Numbered from the stretch's first letter, positions 15,394 to 25,004 are shown. The stretch is DNA of 64,000 bases from Elusimicrobiota bacterium (GCA_029267355.1 JAJUJA010000003.1:22519-86518), one strand, 5' to 3'. The notes: generated by a model not told the origin, from the sequence alone. A program made the numbers and translations.

Positions 15394-16635
15394 ATGAAAA
15401 AAATAAAAACACTGCAATGCATATCGTGCGGAAAAGAACATGATCAGGATGAGGTGCAGTATCTCTGTTCATCCTGCGGCGGCAATCTGCATGTGATGTA
15501 CGATTACAATCTCATCAAAAAGCGCTTCAGTCAGGATGAGCTTAAGGAAAACAGGCATATGGATATGTGGCGCTATCTTGATTTGCTGCCTTTGTCTGAC
15601 CTTAAAGGCATTTCCGGCCTGCAGATAGGCTATACCCCTTTGTACAAATACAAGGCTTTGGCTGAAGAGTTCGGCGTGGCTGAGTTCTATGTGAAAGATG
15701 ACGGCAGGAATCCCAGCGCGTCTTTCAAGGACAGGGCCTCCGCCGTTGTTTTGGCCAAGGCAATGGAAAGCGGCCAGAAAGTTATTTGTTCAGCCTCAAC
15801 CGGCAATGCGGCATCATCTTTGGCCTGTCTTTCCGCAAATATGGACATAAAAACCGTCATATTCGTTCCGCAGAAAGCGCCGGCCGCCAAAATAGCTCAG
15901 CTTCTGGTTTTCGGCGCAATAGTGGTGACCGTCAACGGAACATATGACGACGCTTTTGAGCTTTCAGTAAAAGCCAGCGAGGAATTCGGCTGGTATAACA
16001 GAAATACCGGATACAATCCTTACAGCAGGGAAGGCAAAAAAACCTGCGCTTTTGAAATTTGCGAGCAATTGGAATGGGAAACGCCGGACTATGTTTTTGT
16101 GCCGGTCGGAGACGGAAACATCATAAGCGGAATATGGAAGGGCTTCCTGGAGTTCAAAAAAATAGGTTTTATAGAAAAATTACCGAAGCTTGTAGCCGTT
16201 CAGGCCGAAAACTCAAATGCGATAAAGCTCGCTTTTGAGGGAGACTCGGTTATACGCCCTGTAGGAGGCCAGACTGTCGCTGACAGCATTTCTGTAAGCC
16301 TGCCGAGGGACGGACAATCCGCCGTTATGGCCCTTAAAGAATCCGGAGGTTTTGCTGTTTCAGTTCATGATAAGGAGATATTGAAGGCTATATCGAGTTT
16401 TGCCAGAAAAACCGGAGTTTTTGCTGAACCGGCCGCGGCGGCTTCCTATGCGGGGTTTCTCAAGGCCGTCAAAGAGGGGAAAATAGACAAGGGAGACTCT
16501 GTTCTAATTCTCGCCACAGGTAACGGCCTTAAAGACGTGCAAAGCGCCATGAAATCCGTCGGCAAACCCTATCTTATAGAGCCTCAATTAAGCGCGCTGA
16601 AAAATATTGTGGCAGATTTCGGCCTTGAGAAGTAG
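15394..16635 (+). CDS. Threonine-synthase-like fold-type II PLP enzyme with N-terminal zinc ribbon
   Basis: CISCG...CSSCGG zinc ribbon, the SFKDRAS PLP-lysine motif, ASTGNAASS, and GNGLKD near the C-terminus. Confidence 0.7.
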   Translation: MKKIKTLQCISCGKEHDQDEVQYLCSSCGGNLHVMYDYNLIKKRFSQDELKENRHMDMWRYLDLLPLSDLKGISGLQIGYTPLYKYKALAEEFGVAEFYVKDDGRNPSASFKDRASAVVLAKAMESGQKVICSASTGNAASSLACLSANMDIKTVIFVPQKAPAAKIAQLLVFGAIVVTVNGTYDDAFELSVKASEEFGWYNRNTGYNPYSREGKKTCAFEICEQLEWETPDYVFVPVGDGNIISGIWKGFLEFKKIGFIEKLPKLVAVQAENSNAIKLAFEGDSVIRPVGGQTVADSISVSLPRDGQSAVMALKESGGFAVSVHDKEILKAISSFARKTGVFAEPAAAASYAGFLKAVKEGKIDKGDSVLILATGNGLKDVQSAMKSVGKPYLIEPQLSALKNIVADFGLEK

Positions 16636-16683
16636 CAGGATACCCCCTGCGCAGTCTGCCATTTAACCTTCAAACTTAATATA

Positions 16684-18171
16684 ATGTTATATATGGAAAA
16701 AAACATAAGGGTCAGATTTGCGCCCTCTCCGACAGGGCATCTTCATATAGGCGGAGCCAGAACGGCTCTTTTTAATTATCTTTTTGCGCGCAAATATTCG
16801 GGCACTTTCATACTCAGGATAGAAGATACGGATGAATTGCGTTCAACCCAGGAATCAGTCAAATGGATATTTGAAAGCATGGCCTGGCTCGGCCTCAATT
16901 GGGATGAGGGCGCCATGCCGGACGGCTCTCAAAAGGGAGATTTCGGCCCTTATGTGCAAAGCGTAAGAGAGGCGAATGGGATTTACAGAGAATACGCAAA
17001 AAAGCTCGTGGATGAGGGGAAAGCTTATTACTGCTACTGCACTGCCGAAGAGCTTGATGAGATGAGAAAAAAAGCGGCTCTTGAAAAAAGGCCGCCTAAG
17101 TATGACGGAAGATGCAGACATTTGACTGATGAACAGAGAAGCCGCTTTGAAAAAGAGGGAAGAAAACCGGTCATAAGATTTCGAATGCCGGATGAAGGCA
17201 TTACTTCCTGGAAAGATTTGATACATAAGGAGCTGTCTTTTGAAAATAAGCTGTTATACGACTTTATAATGATAAAAGCCAGCGGCTATCCGACATATAA
17301 TTTCGCCTGCGTTATAGACGATTATCTTATGAAAATTTCCCACGTAATACGCGGCGATGACCATATATCCAACACGCCTCTGCAGATAAACCTCTACAAG
17401 GCATTCGGCTGGCAAATGCCTGAATTTGCGCATCTTTCAATGATACTTGGTCCGGACGGGTCAAGATTGTCAAAAAGGCACGGGGCAACAAGCGTTCAGG
17501 AGTACAGGAAAGAGGGATTTTTGCCTGAGACGATAAAAAACTATCTCGCCCTGCTCGGCTGGTCCACTCAGGACAGCCAGCAGATATTTGAGAAGGGTGA
17601 GCTTGAAGACAAGTTTTCTCTTGAAGGCTGCCAGAAAAATCCGGCTACTTTTGACCCGGTAAAGCTCAAATGGATGAACGGTGAATATTTGAGAAAACTG
17701 GATAAGAAAACAATGCTTGAATTTGCCATGCCCTATCTCAGGGAATCTGGCCTGGACCTTTCCTATCCCAGGGTGCCTTTGGAAGATCTCGTTTATCTTG
17801 AATATGAGAAATACAAAGTTTTAAGCGAAATTCCAGCCCTTTTGTCTTTTTTCTTCAAGGAAAATGTCGATTTTGATAGTCAGGCCGTTGAATCAGTTTT
17901 TTCAAAACCTTCCGCTTCAAAAGTTTTAAGCGGCATAGCGGACGTTTATTCGTCCATTGATAATTTCAAGGAAAGCGAGATAGAAGCCGCCACCAGAAAA
18001 TTTGCCAAGGATAACGGACTTAAGAACGGCGAGGTTTTTCATCCGGTGAGAGTGGCCGTGTCGGGCAAGGCCCAGGGGCCTACGCTTTTTAAGATGATAG
18101 AGTATCTCGGCAAAGACTGCGCCGTGAAGAGAATAAGGGCCGCCTTTGAGCTAGCCGCCGCTAAAAAATAG
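16684..18171 (+). CDS. gltX: Glutamyl-tRNA synthetase
   Basis: RFAPSPTGHLHIGGARTALFNYLFAR (HIGH motif) and RLSKRHG (KMSKS-type motif). The true start may be ATG 16693 (MEKNIRVRF). Confidence 0.95.
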   Translation: MLYMEKNIRVRFAPSPTGHLHIGGARTALFNYLFARKYSGTFILRIEDTDELRSTQESVKWIFESMAWLGLNWDEGAMPDGSQKGDFGPYVQSVREANGIYREYAKKLVDEGKAYYCYCTAEELDEMRKKAALEKRPPKYDGRCRHLTDEQRSRFEKEGRKPVIRFRMPDEGITSWKDLIHKELSFENKLLYDFIMIKASGYPTYNFACVIDDYLMKISHVIRGDDHISNTPLQINLYKAFGWQMPEFAHLSMILGPDGSRLSKRHGATSVQEYRKEGFLPETIKNYLALLGWSTQDSQQIFEKGELEDKFSLEGCQKNPATFDPVKLKWMNGEYLRKLDKKTMLEFAMPYLRESGLDLSYPRVPLEDLVYLEYEKYKVLSEIPALLSFFFKENVDFDSQAVESVFSKPSASKVLSGIADVYSSIDNFKESEIEAATRKFAKDNGLKNGEVFHPVRVAVSGKAQGPTLFKMIEYLGKDCAVKRIRAAFELAAAKK

Positions 18172-18267
18172 GGTCTCGGGCGAACAAATTAACATTTTTG
18201 TCACATATTTGTATTAAATTGAAAATATCCTTTTTTTAGAATGTAAGAGAAGGAGAAAGCCGGATTT

Positions 18268-20541
18268 ATGAAATATTGGCTGTATGAGAATGGAAGCATT
18301 TCAGGCCCGTTTGAGGCGCAAGAGCTTTTGATTAAGCCTTCTTTCGGTCCAGATTCCATGGTATGCGAAGCTTCCCTTTCGGGCTCAAGCCCTGATGACT
18401 GGAAAAGAGCCGCAGTCGTGCCCGAGCTTTCGTCCTTTTCAGTGCTGACGCAGGACAAATTCCAGCCGTCAAACAGCGATTATCCGTTTGACTATCAAAG
18501 CGAACTTTCCCATCCCAATATAATAGACAGCATAGACGATACGCTGTCTTCGCTTGATTTTCTTTCTTCTTCTCAGGTAGAAGAGGAAACTGATTCCTTT
18601 GACCTTAAGATTTCCCAGATAAAAGAGCAGCTGGAAACGGCAGTGTGGGAAAAAAATCTGTTAATGGAGAAGGTCAATATAAAAGAGGCAAGAGAAAAGG
18701 AGTACAGGGAAAAAATAAAGGAGCTTGAAGAAAGAGTCGATGAGCTGATAAAAAGCTCTCTGAAAAAGGCTTATGAGACTTCAGGTTTGCGGCCTGAACC
18801 CGTTTCTGCAGTAAAGGAAGAAGCAGAAGAAAAAACTGAGGCCGAAGGCCTAAAAACCGAGCCTGCCGGTAAAGTTGAAGTTAAAACCGGAATTTCCAAA
18901 AAATCTGAAGAAATTCCGGCAGAGAGTCCGCAAAAAGAAAGCAGTTTTTCAAAAGAAGAAAAAATGGAGACGGTTCAAAAGCCTCAAATAGAAGAAAAGC
19001 GTGAGAGTTTCAAAAAAATTTCCGCAGACATGGATAATTATAAGCTTGGAAGCGAGAGACTCATAGATTCCTATCCTCAGGAAAAAGAGGATATGGAAAT
19101 TTTTGATCTTAAAAGTTTCGGCTCTCAAAAATTGGAGGCTAATCCTTATGAGAAGGTCTCAATAGAGCCGGATTTTTCTCCAAGCATAATAGAGATTTCA
19201 AAGCCTGCAGCTGAAATTGATGCCGATTTTTCGCAGATAGCTGCCAAAAAAAATATTCCACAGACCGATATCGGCAAGCAGGAAAATGCCGCCGGACTTG
19301 CTCAGACTCCGCAAGAGTATAAGCCTTTTGAGGAGACTGCCAAGCCTGAACCTGCTGAAAACGCTGCGGAGCCGCCTGTTTTTATTCCGGAGCCTCAGCC
19401 TGAAATACCTGAATTTAAGCCGGAAACCGCGCTTAAAAAAGAGCCGGAACCGCAAAAAACTGAAACCGTTCAGAGCGTAAACCCTTCTGAGCCTAAAAAA
19501 CCTGATATAAAGGTCTCAACCGGCTCGTTCAGCAATATAAGCGAGATAAACATAGAAATACCCGCGGCTTCCAAAAGCCATGTTCTGGATATACCTTCCA
19601 TGACGGCCCGCAGAAAAAAGGATGAGGAGACTTCTTCAGCGGCTAAAGCGGAAGCCGTGTCCCTGTCTCCGTCAGAGCCCAAGACGCCCATTGACCCTCA
19701 GGTCACTCAGAGAATAGAGGTTAAAAATCTAAAGCAGACAGTGGTCGTCCCGGCCAGGCAGACAGCTTATTCTCCCAGGAAAAACAAATTTAAGCTTTAT
19801 ATATCCCTGGCAATATCGCTTATGATAATAGTCGGCGGCTTTCTGTTTCTTGTGGATTTCAGGAAATCATCAAAAAAGTCAAACCTTATGACCGCTTCCG
19901 CAGCTGCGGCAGGGGAAAAGAGCATGCAGGAAACTCAAAGCCCCGCCGCCCAGCAAACGCCCCAGGAGGAAACCAAGCCGCAGCAGGAGAAGGATGCCGG
20001 CGCGCAGGAAGAAGCGGTTGAAACTTCTCAGCCTTCAGTTTCTATTAATCAGGGCGTTCAAAAAGCCATAGATTCGGTTAAAAATTTTAATCTCTCTGAC
20101 GGCCGCGGCACGGTTTCAAACTGGTTTTCAAATTCTTTCGTTTCATCCGGGCAGTCAAGGGAAGAATGGACGGCTACTCTGCTGCAGGGGAAAATATTCG
20201 TCGTCCAGTACAGGCTTATAAGGCAGAAGCAGGAGCCTTTGGTGTATCAGTTTGAAGTAGATTCGGAATCCGGCCGCATACTCAGAGGCATAAACAATAA
20301 TGCCATAGATCTTTTGGAATCTTCCAGCGAAAAAAATCAGGCCAAAAAATCCGTTCAGCAGGCTAAGCCGAAGCCCGTTAGAGTTAAAAAACCTGCCGCC
20401 GCCAAAAAAGATTCCCTGATGCCTCTTCCCGAAAGAGACGCCGAGGATTATTCCGAGCCGACAGGCTTTGAAAACTCTGATATGATCTCCAAGGCCCCGT
20501 TAAAAATCACCGCTCCGGAAAGCGATGATGAGCTTTTTTAA
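18268..20541 (+). CDS. GYF_2-like N-terminal domain / coiled-coil / Glu-Pro-Lys-rich / single-TM protein with a C-terminal extracytoplasmic domain
   Basis: MKYWLYENGSISGPFEAQELL resembles the GYF_2 (DUF4339) signature. Coiled-coil stretch KISQIKEQLE...ELEERVDELIK. About 350 aa of low-complexity E/P/K sequence (PEPQPEIPEFKPE...). One TM (LYISLAISLMIIVGGFLFLV). A C-terminal region of about 200 aa follows. Confidence 0.5.
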   Translation: MKYWLYENGSISGPFEAQELLIKPSFGPDSMVCEASLSGSSPDDWKRAAVVPELSSFSVLTQDKFQPSNSDYPFDYQSELSHPNIIDSIDDTLSSLDFLSSSQVEEETDSFDLKISQIKEQLETAVWEKNLLMEKVNIKEAREKEYREKIKELEERVDELIKSSLKKAYETSGLRPEPVSAVKEEAEEKTEAEGLKTEPAGKVEVKTGISKKSEEIPAESPQKESSFSKEEKMETVQKPQIEEKRESFKKISADMDNYKLGSERLIDSYPQEKEDMEIFDLKSFGSQKLEANPYEKVSIEPDFSPSIIEISKPAAEIDADFSQIAAKKNIPQTDIGKQENAAGLAQTPQEYKPFEETAKPEPAENAAEPPVFIPEPQPEIPEFKPETALKKEPEPQKTETVQSVNPSEPKKPDIKVSTGSFSNISEINIEIPAASKSHVLDIPSMTARRKKDEETSSAAKAEAVSLSPSEPKTPIDPQVTQRIEVKNLKQTVVVPARQTAYSPRKNKFKLYISLAISLMIIVGGFLFLVDFRKSSKKSNLMTASAAAAGEKSMQETQSPAAQQTPQEETKPQQEKDAGAQEEAVETSQPSVSINQGVQKAIDSVKNFNLSDGRGTVSNWFSNSFVSSGQSREEWTATLLQGKIFVVQYRLIRQKQEPLVYQFEVDSESGRILRGINNNAIDLLESSSEKNQAKKSVQQAKPKPVRVKKPAAAKKDSLMPLPERDAEDYSEPTGFENSDMISKAPLKITAPESDDELF

Positions 20542-20581
20542 AAACCTGCCTTCAGCGGCTAATTTGCTATCATATCTGTAG

Positions 20582-22354
20582 ATGAGCGAGAAAGGATTCC
20601 AGATAAATATTTCCAGGCGGCTTGGCGAAATGATAGTTTCAAGCGGCGTCATAACCTCTTCGCAGCTTGCGGAAGCCCTTGAAATACAGAAGCAAACCGG
20701 GGTGAAGCTTGGTCAAATTTTAATAGAGAAGCAGTATGTCACCGAAAGGCAGCTTCTTGAATTTTTGAGCAAACAATTTTCCCTTGAGTTCATAGAAATT
20801 TCCAAAATGGAATTGCCGCAGGAAGCTATAAAAGCCGTTCCTGAAAGCGTGGCCAGAAGATACCGGCTGATAGGCATAAAAAAAGAGGCCAATTATCTTA
20901 AAGTCGCCATGGAGGATCCTTTGAATATAGTTGTCCTGGACGATTTGAAAATGATGACCGGACTTGACATAAAGCCGGTTTTCGCTTCCGAAAAGGAAAT
21001 TTTTGAAGCAATAGACAGATACTACGGAGCTAAAAACTCGCAGGAAGCCCTCAATGAGATACTTAAAAAAACGAATGCTGACGAAAGCTCCGTTCAGCTG
21101 GACCTTGTGGATGAAAAATCCAAAGCCGGCGAAGAAGATATAATTTCGCTTGAAGGCAAAGGCGAGGCCGCGCCCATAGTCAAGATGGTAAATCTGATAA
21201 TTTCATCGGCTATAAAATCGCATGCTTCAGACATACACATAGAACCGAGCTACAAGGATACCAGAGTGCGTTTCAGAATAGACGGCGTGCTGCATCCTCA
21301 GCCGGCGCCGCCCAAGAAGTTTCATAATGCCATAATAAGCAGAATAAAGATAATGGCAAATCTGGATATTTCTGAGAGAAGAATACCCCAGGACGGAAGG
21401 ACAAAGCTTAGAATAGAGGACAAGGAAATAGACCTTAGAATATCCATACTTCCCTGCGGGCCGGGGGAAAAGGTTTGCATGAGAATACTTGATTCGTCAG
21501 GTCTTAAGCTTAAGCTTGAGGACCTTGGTTTTGAACCGGAAAATCTGGCCATTTTTTCAAAGTGCATAAAGGCGCCGCACGGAATAAACCTTATAACAGG
21601 CCCTACGGGTTCCGGCAAATCAACCACGCTTTACTCGGCTCTTTCAACGCTAAACGGGCCCGATGTGAATATTTCAACCATAGAGGATCCAATAGAATAC
21701 AACCTTGAAGGCATAAATCAGGTAGGCGTAAATTCGGAAGTGGGCCTGACATTTGCCGCCGGCTTGAGATCTTTCCTGAGGCAGGACCCGGATGTGATAA
21801 TGGTGGGAGAAATAAGAGATTTTGAGACAATGTCGATAGCAATAAACGCTGCCATGACCGGGCATCTGGTGTTTTCAACGCTGCATACAAATGACGCGCC
21901 CGGCGCCATAACAAGAATCGGTATGATGGGCATAGAGCCGTTTTTGACCTCTTCCACTCTGCTTATGGTCGTGGCCCAAAGACTTGTAAGAAGCGTATGC
22001 AAAAACTGTAAAGAGCCCTATGAAATAAAGCCTGAGCTTTTGACCGGCATGGGGGTAAGCAGGCAGCTTATTGACAAACATACAAATGACGGAAAGCTTT
22101 TTCTATACAGAGGCCGGGGCTGCGAAAAATGCGCAAAGACCGGTTATAAGGGGAGAGTCGGCATACACGAGATACTTGAAGTGAACGATTCAATAAGAAA
22201 GCTTATAATAGAGAAAGCGGATGCCGGCAGAATAAAGGAAGACGCCAAGAAAAACGGCATGATAACATTGAGAGAATCTGCTGTCAGAAAAATGCTGGCC
22301 GGCCTCACCACCATAGAAGAGGTTATAAGGGTTACCGGCTCTGATGTAGATTGA
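20582..22354 (+). CDS. pilB: Type IV pilus assembly ATPase PilB (GspE family)
   Basis: N-terminal T2SSE_N-like repeat, Walker A GPTGSGKSTT, Asp/His boxes (MVGEIRD, TGHLVFSTLHTND), and the tetracysteine CKNC...CEKC. Confidence 0.9.
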   Translation: MSEKGFQINISRRLGEMIVSSGVITSSQLAEALEIQKQTGVKLGQILIEKQYVTERQLLEFLSKQFSLEFIEISKMELPQEAIKAVPESVARRYRLIGIKKEANYLKVAMEDPLNIVVLDDLKMMTGLDIKPVFASEKEIFEAIDRYYGAKNSQEALNEILKKTNADESSVQLDLVDEKSKAGEEDIISLEGKGEAAPIVKMVNLIISSAIKSHASDIHIEPSYKDTRVRFRIDGVLHPQPAPPKKFHNAIISRIKIMANLDISERRIPQDGRTKLRIEDKEIDLRISILPCGPGEKVCMRILDSSGLKLKLEDLGFEPENLAIFSKCIKAPHGINLITGPTGSGKSTTLYSALSTLNGPDVNISTIEDPIEYNLEGINQVGVNSEVGLTFAAGLRSFLRQDPDVIMVGEIRDFETMSIAINAAMTGHLVFSTLHTNDAPGAITRIGMMGIEPFLTSSTLLMVVAQRLVRSVCKNCKEPYEIKPELLTGMGVSRQLIDKHTNDGKLFLYRGRGCEKCAKTGYKGRVGIHEILEVNDSIRKLIIEKADAGRIKEDAKKNGMITLRESAVRKMLAGLTTIEEVIRVTGSDVD

Positions 22355-22432
22355 TTATTTGACCGTAAATTTATATTATTATTATTGCTGCTGCCGCAAA
22401 GCCTGATACAGGGCTTAACCGGAGAGGTGCTT

Positions 22433-23509
22433 ATGGTTACAATGAGCGAACTTTTTATAATGATGCATGAAAAAAATGCTTCCGATATCCATCTTACGGC
22501 CGGTGCTCCGCCGATGATGAGAATAGACGGAGAGCTTGCCCCAACCCCGTTTGAAAAATTGACGCCTGAGATGTGTCAGACTCTGGTTTTTTCTCTTATG
22601 ACAGATGCGCAAAGGCAGCGTTTTGAGGCCACAAATGAACTTGACTTCGCTTTCGGCATAAAAGGCATAGGCAGATTGAGAATGAACGTTTACAGGCAGA
22701 GAGGAGTGATAGGCGCTGCCATACGCTCCATACCGAGCAAATATAAAACTTTTGACGAGCTGAATTTGCCTGCTGTGACTTACGAGCTTATGAAGCTGAC
22801 CAAGGGCTTGATACTGGTAACCGGTCCTACCGGCTCAGGCAAATCAACCACTCTCGCCTCAATGATAGACTATTTGAACGAGAACAGGAATTATCACATC
22901 GTTACAGTTGAAGACCCCATAGAATATGTTCACAGCCACAAAAAAAGCATAGTCAATCAGAGAGAGGTGGGCGCCGACACGGAAAGTTTTGGACAGGCTT
23001 TAAGGCATGTGCTCAGACAGGATCCTAACGTCATACTTATAGGCGAAATGAGAGACCTTGAAACCATAAGCGCGGCTCTCAATATAGCCGAAACCGGCCA
23101 CCTGGTTTTTGCGACCTTACACACCTCTGACGCTGCCCAGACCATAAACAGAATCATAGACGTGTTCCCTCCGCATCAGCAGGAACAGATAAGAGTGCAG
23201 CTTTCGTTCGTGCTTCAATCTGTTTTTTCTCAGCAGCTTGTGACTGCTGCCTCAGGAACCGGGCGCGTGCTTGCCTGCGAAATACTCATAGTTAATTCAG
23301 CCGTGAGAAACCTCATAAGAGAACAGAAAATAGAGCAGATAAATACGGTCATACAGACCGGCGGCAAGTACGGAATGATAACGATGAATCAGGCTCTTGT
23401 GGACCTTTACAGGAAACAGAAGATTACTTATCAGGAAGCTGTCAACCGCTCCACGGATCCTGAAGATTTGAAGAAGCTTTTGCAGAAATCTCTCTCCGTA
23501 AGCAACTGA
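22433..23509 (+). CDS. pilT: Twitching-motility retraction ATPase PilT
   Basis: ASDIHL, GPTGSGKSTT, LIGEMRD, TGHLVFATLHTSDA, and AVRNLIRE. The start is set to ATG 22433 after GGAGAGG; the track start at 22385 is a TTG. Confidence 0.9.
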   Translation: MVTMSELFIMMHEKNASDIHLTAGAPPMMRIDGELAPTPFEKLTPEMCQTLVFSLMTDAQRQRFEATNELDFAFGIKGIGRLRMNVYRQRGVIGAAIRSIPSKYKTFDELNLPAVTYELMKLTKGLILVTGPTGSGKSTTLASMIDYLNENRNYHIVTVEDPIEYVHSHKKSIVNQREVGADTESFGQALRHVLRQDPNVILIGEMRDLETISAALNIAETGHLVFATLHTSDAAQTINRIIDVFPPHQQEQIRVQLSFVLQSVFSQQLVTAASGTGRVLACEILIVNSAVRNLIREQKIEQINTVIQTGGKYGMITMNQALVDLYRKQKITYQEAVNRSTDPEDLKKLLQKSLSVSN

Positions 23510-23510
23510 T

Positions 23511-24710
23511 ATGCTTTTTTCCTACAAGGCCAAAGATCCAGCCGGCAAGATTCTTGAGGGCGAAGTTGAGGCCCAGGATGAAAAAGCGGCTTCGGCAAAA
23601 CTCAGGGCACAGCGCTTTGTAGTTTTAAGCATAGAAAAATCCAAGGTTAAAAAAAAGAAAAAGGGCAAGGTTTCCTCAAAGGAAATAGTCATATTTTCCA
23701 GGCAGCTGTCGACACTTGTTTCAAGCGGCGTGCCCATAGTTCAGGGTTTAAGCATACTTGAATCGCAGGCTGAAACTCCAGCTTTTTCTTCAGTTATAGC
23801 CAACATAAGAACGGATATAGAGGGCGGCCTATCCATTTCCGAGGCGATGAGAAAGCATCCCAAGGTTTTTTCCGAATTGTATGTGTCAATGATAAAGGCC
23901 GGTGAGACCGGCGGCATACTGGACACCATACTTGAGAGACTTTCCTCATATCTGGAGTCTTCAGAGGCCCTTAAAGCCAAGGTAAAAAGCGCCATGATGT
24001 ATCCTATGGTGGTAGGCGGAGTGGCGGCCTCAATAACCGTTTTTCTCATAATTTTTGTTATACCCATATTCAAGGGAATTTTCGCCAGTTTCGGAGCGGA
24101 ATTGCCTTTTCTTACCAGGATGATAATAGGCGCCTCTGACATGTTGAGGGCCAATATTATCTACATACTTATCGTTTTAGGCGGCGCTTTTTACGGAGCG
24201 AAAAAATATTTGCAGACAGAGCAGGGAAAAAGAAAATTCGATGAGACCGCCCTTAAATTGCCGGTTTTCGGAATACTTTTGAAAAAAGTCGCCATAGCCA
24301 AATTTTCAAGAACCCTTGGAACTCTTATCAAATCCGGCGTGCCCATACTTCAGGGACTTGAAACCGTCGCCAAAACAGCCGGCAATAAAGTAATAGAAGA
24401 AGCCATAATGAAAAGCCGGGATTCCATAAAAGAGGGCGGCCGTCTGGCTGAGCCGCTGAAAAAATCCAATCTTTTTCCTCAGATGGTTGTACAGATGATA
24501 GGAGTGGGTGAAGAGACGGGAAGCCTTGATACCATGCTTATAAAAATAGCCGACTTTTATGATCAGGAAGTGGATACGGCCGTAAAAGGCCTGACATCCA
24601 TGATAGAGCCGCTGATAATGGTCTTTATGGGCGTTGTAATAGGCTTTATAGTCATAGCGATGTTCATGCCCATGTTTGAGCTTGGAGACCTGGCGTCAAA
24701 GGCCAACTGA
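23511..24710 (+). CDS. pilC: Type IV pilus platform protein PilC (GspF family)
   Basis: Two T2SSF repeats (FSRQLSTLVSSGVPIVQGL and FSRTLGTLIKSGVPILQGL) and three TM segments. Confidence 0.9.
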   Translation: MLFSYKAKDPAGKILEGEVEAQDEKAASAKLRAQRFVVLSIEKSKVKKKKKGKVSSKEIVIFSRQLSTLVSSGVPIVQGLSILESQAETPAFSSVIANIRTDIEGGLSISEAMRKHPKVFSELYVSMIKAGETGGILDTILERLSSYLESSEALKAKVKSAMMYPMVVGGVAASITVFLIIFVIPIFKGIFASFGAELPFLTRMIIGASDMLRANIIYILIVLGGAFYGAKKYLQTEQGKRKFDETALKLPVFGILLKKVAIAKFSRTLGTLIKSGVPILQGLETVAKTAGNKVIEEAIMKSRDSIKEGGRLAEPLKKSNLFPQMVVQMIGVGEETGSLDTMLIKIADFYDQEVDTAVKGLTSMIEPLIMVFMGVVIGFIVIAMFMPMFELGDLASKAN

Positions 24711-25004
24711 TTTTTTTCTTTCCTTATTCAAAAGTTCTATTTTTTTCCTGATTCCCCCCGGCGCGGAATAGCCGCCGATTGAGCCGTCGGACCTTATAAC
24801 TCTGTGACACGGCACATAAGGCGCAAAGGGATTTTTCTTTAAGGCCATGGCCACGGCCCTCGCCGCCTTAGGTTTTCCTATTTTGCAGGCTATCCACTTG
24901 TAGCTTCTGGTCCGGCCGCAGGGAATTTGCATGGCAGTCCGCCATACTTTCTGGTAAAAGTCAGGATATTTTTTCATCTCTTTCAGCACTTTTTTGATTG
25001 TCAT
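24696..25004 (-). CDS. ogt: Methylated-DNA-protein-cysteine methyltransferase, catalytic/DNA-binding domain only (102 aa)
   Basis: IPCGRTRSY and the PCHRVIRSDGSIGGY active-site motif with the Cys retained. There is no N-terminal domain. It overlaps the pilC 3' end convergently by 15 nt. Confidence 0.8.
   Translation of the reverse strand: MTIKKVLKEMKKYPDFYQKVWRTAMQIPCGRTRSYKWIACKIGKPKAARAVAMALKKNPFAPYVPCHRVIRSDGSIGGYSAPGGIRKKIELLNKERKKSVGL

Noticed and set aside
19198-19480. Small Arg/Leu-rich ORFs (19198-19455 -, 19286-19480 +) within the proline-rich region, considered as possible overlapping genes.
   Set aside because: They are off-frame products of a low-complexity GAA/CCT-rich coding segment, with no independent start signals.
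18268-20541. Calling the Pro/Glu/Lys-rich membrane protein a TonB homolog because of EP/KP-like tracts.
   Set aside because: The topology is wrong. The TM helix is near residue 520 rather than at the N-terminus, the Pro-rich region is on the N-terminal (cytoplasmic) side, and no TonB C-terminal motif is evident.
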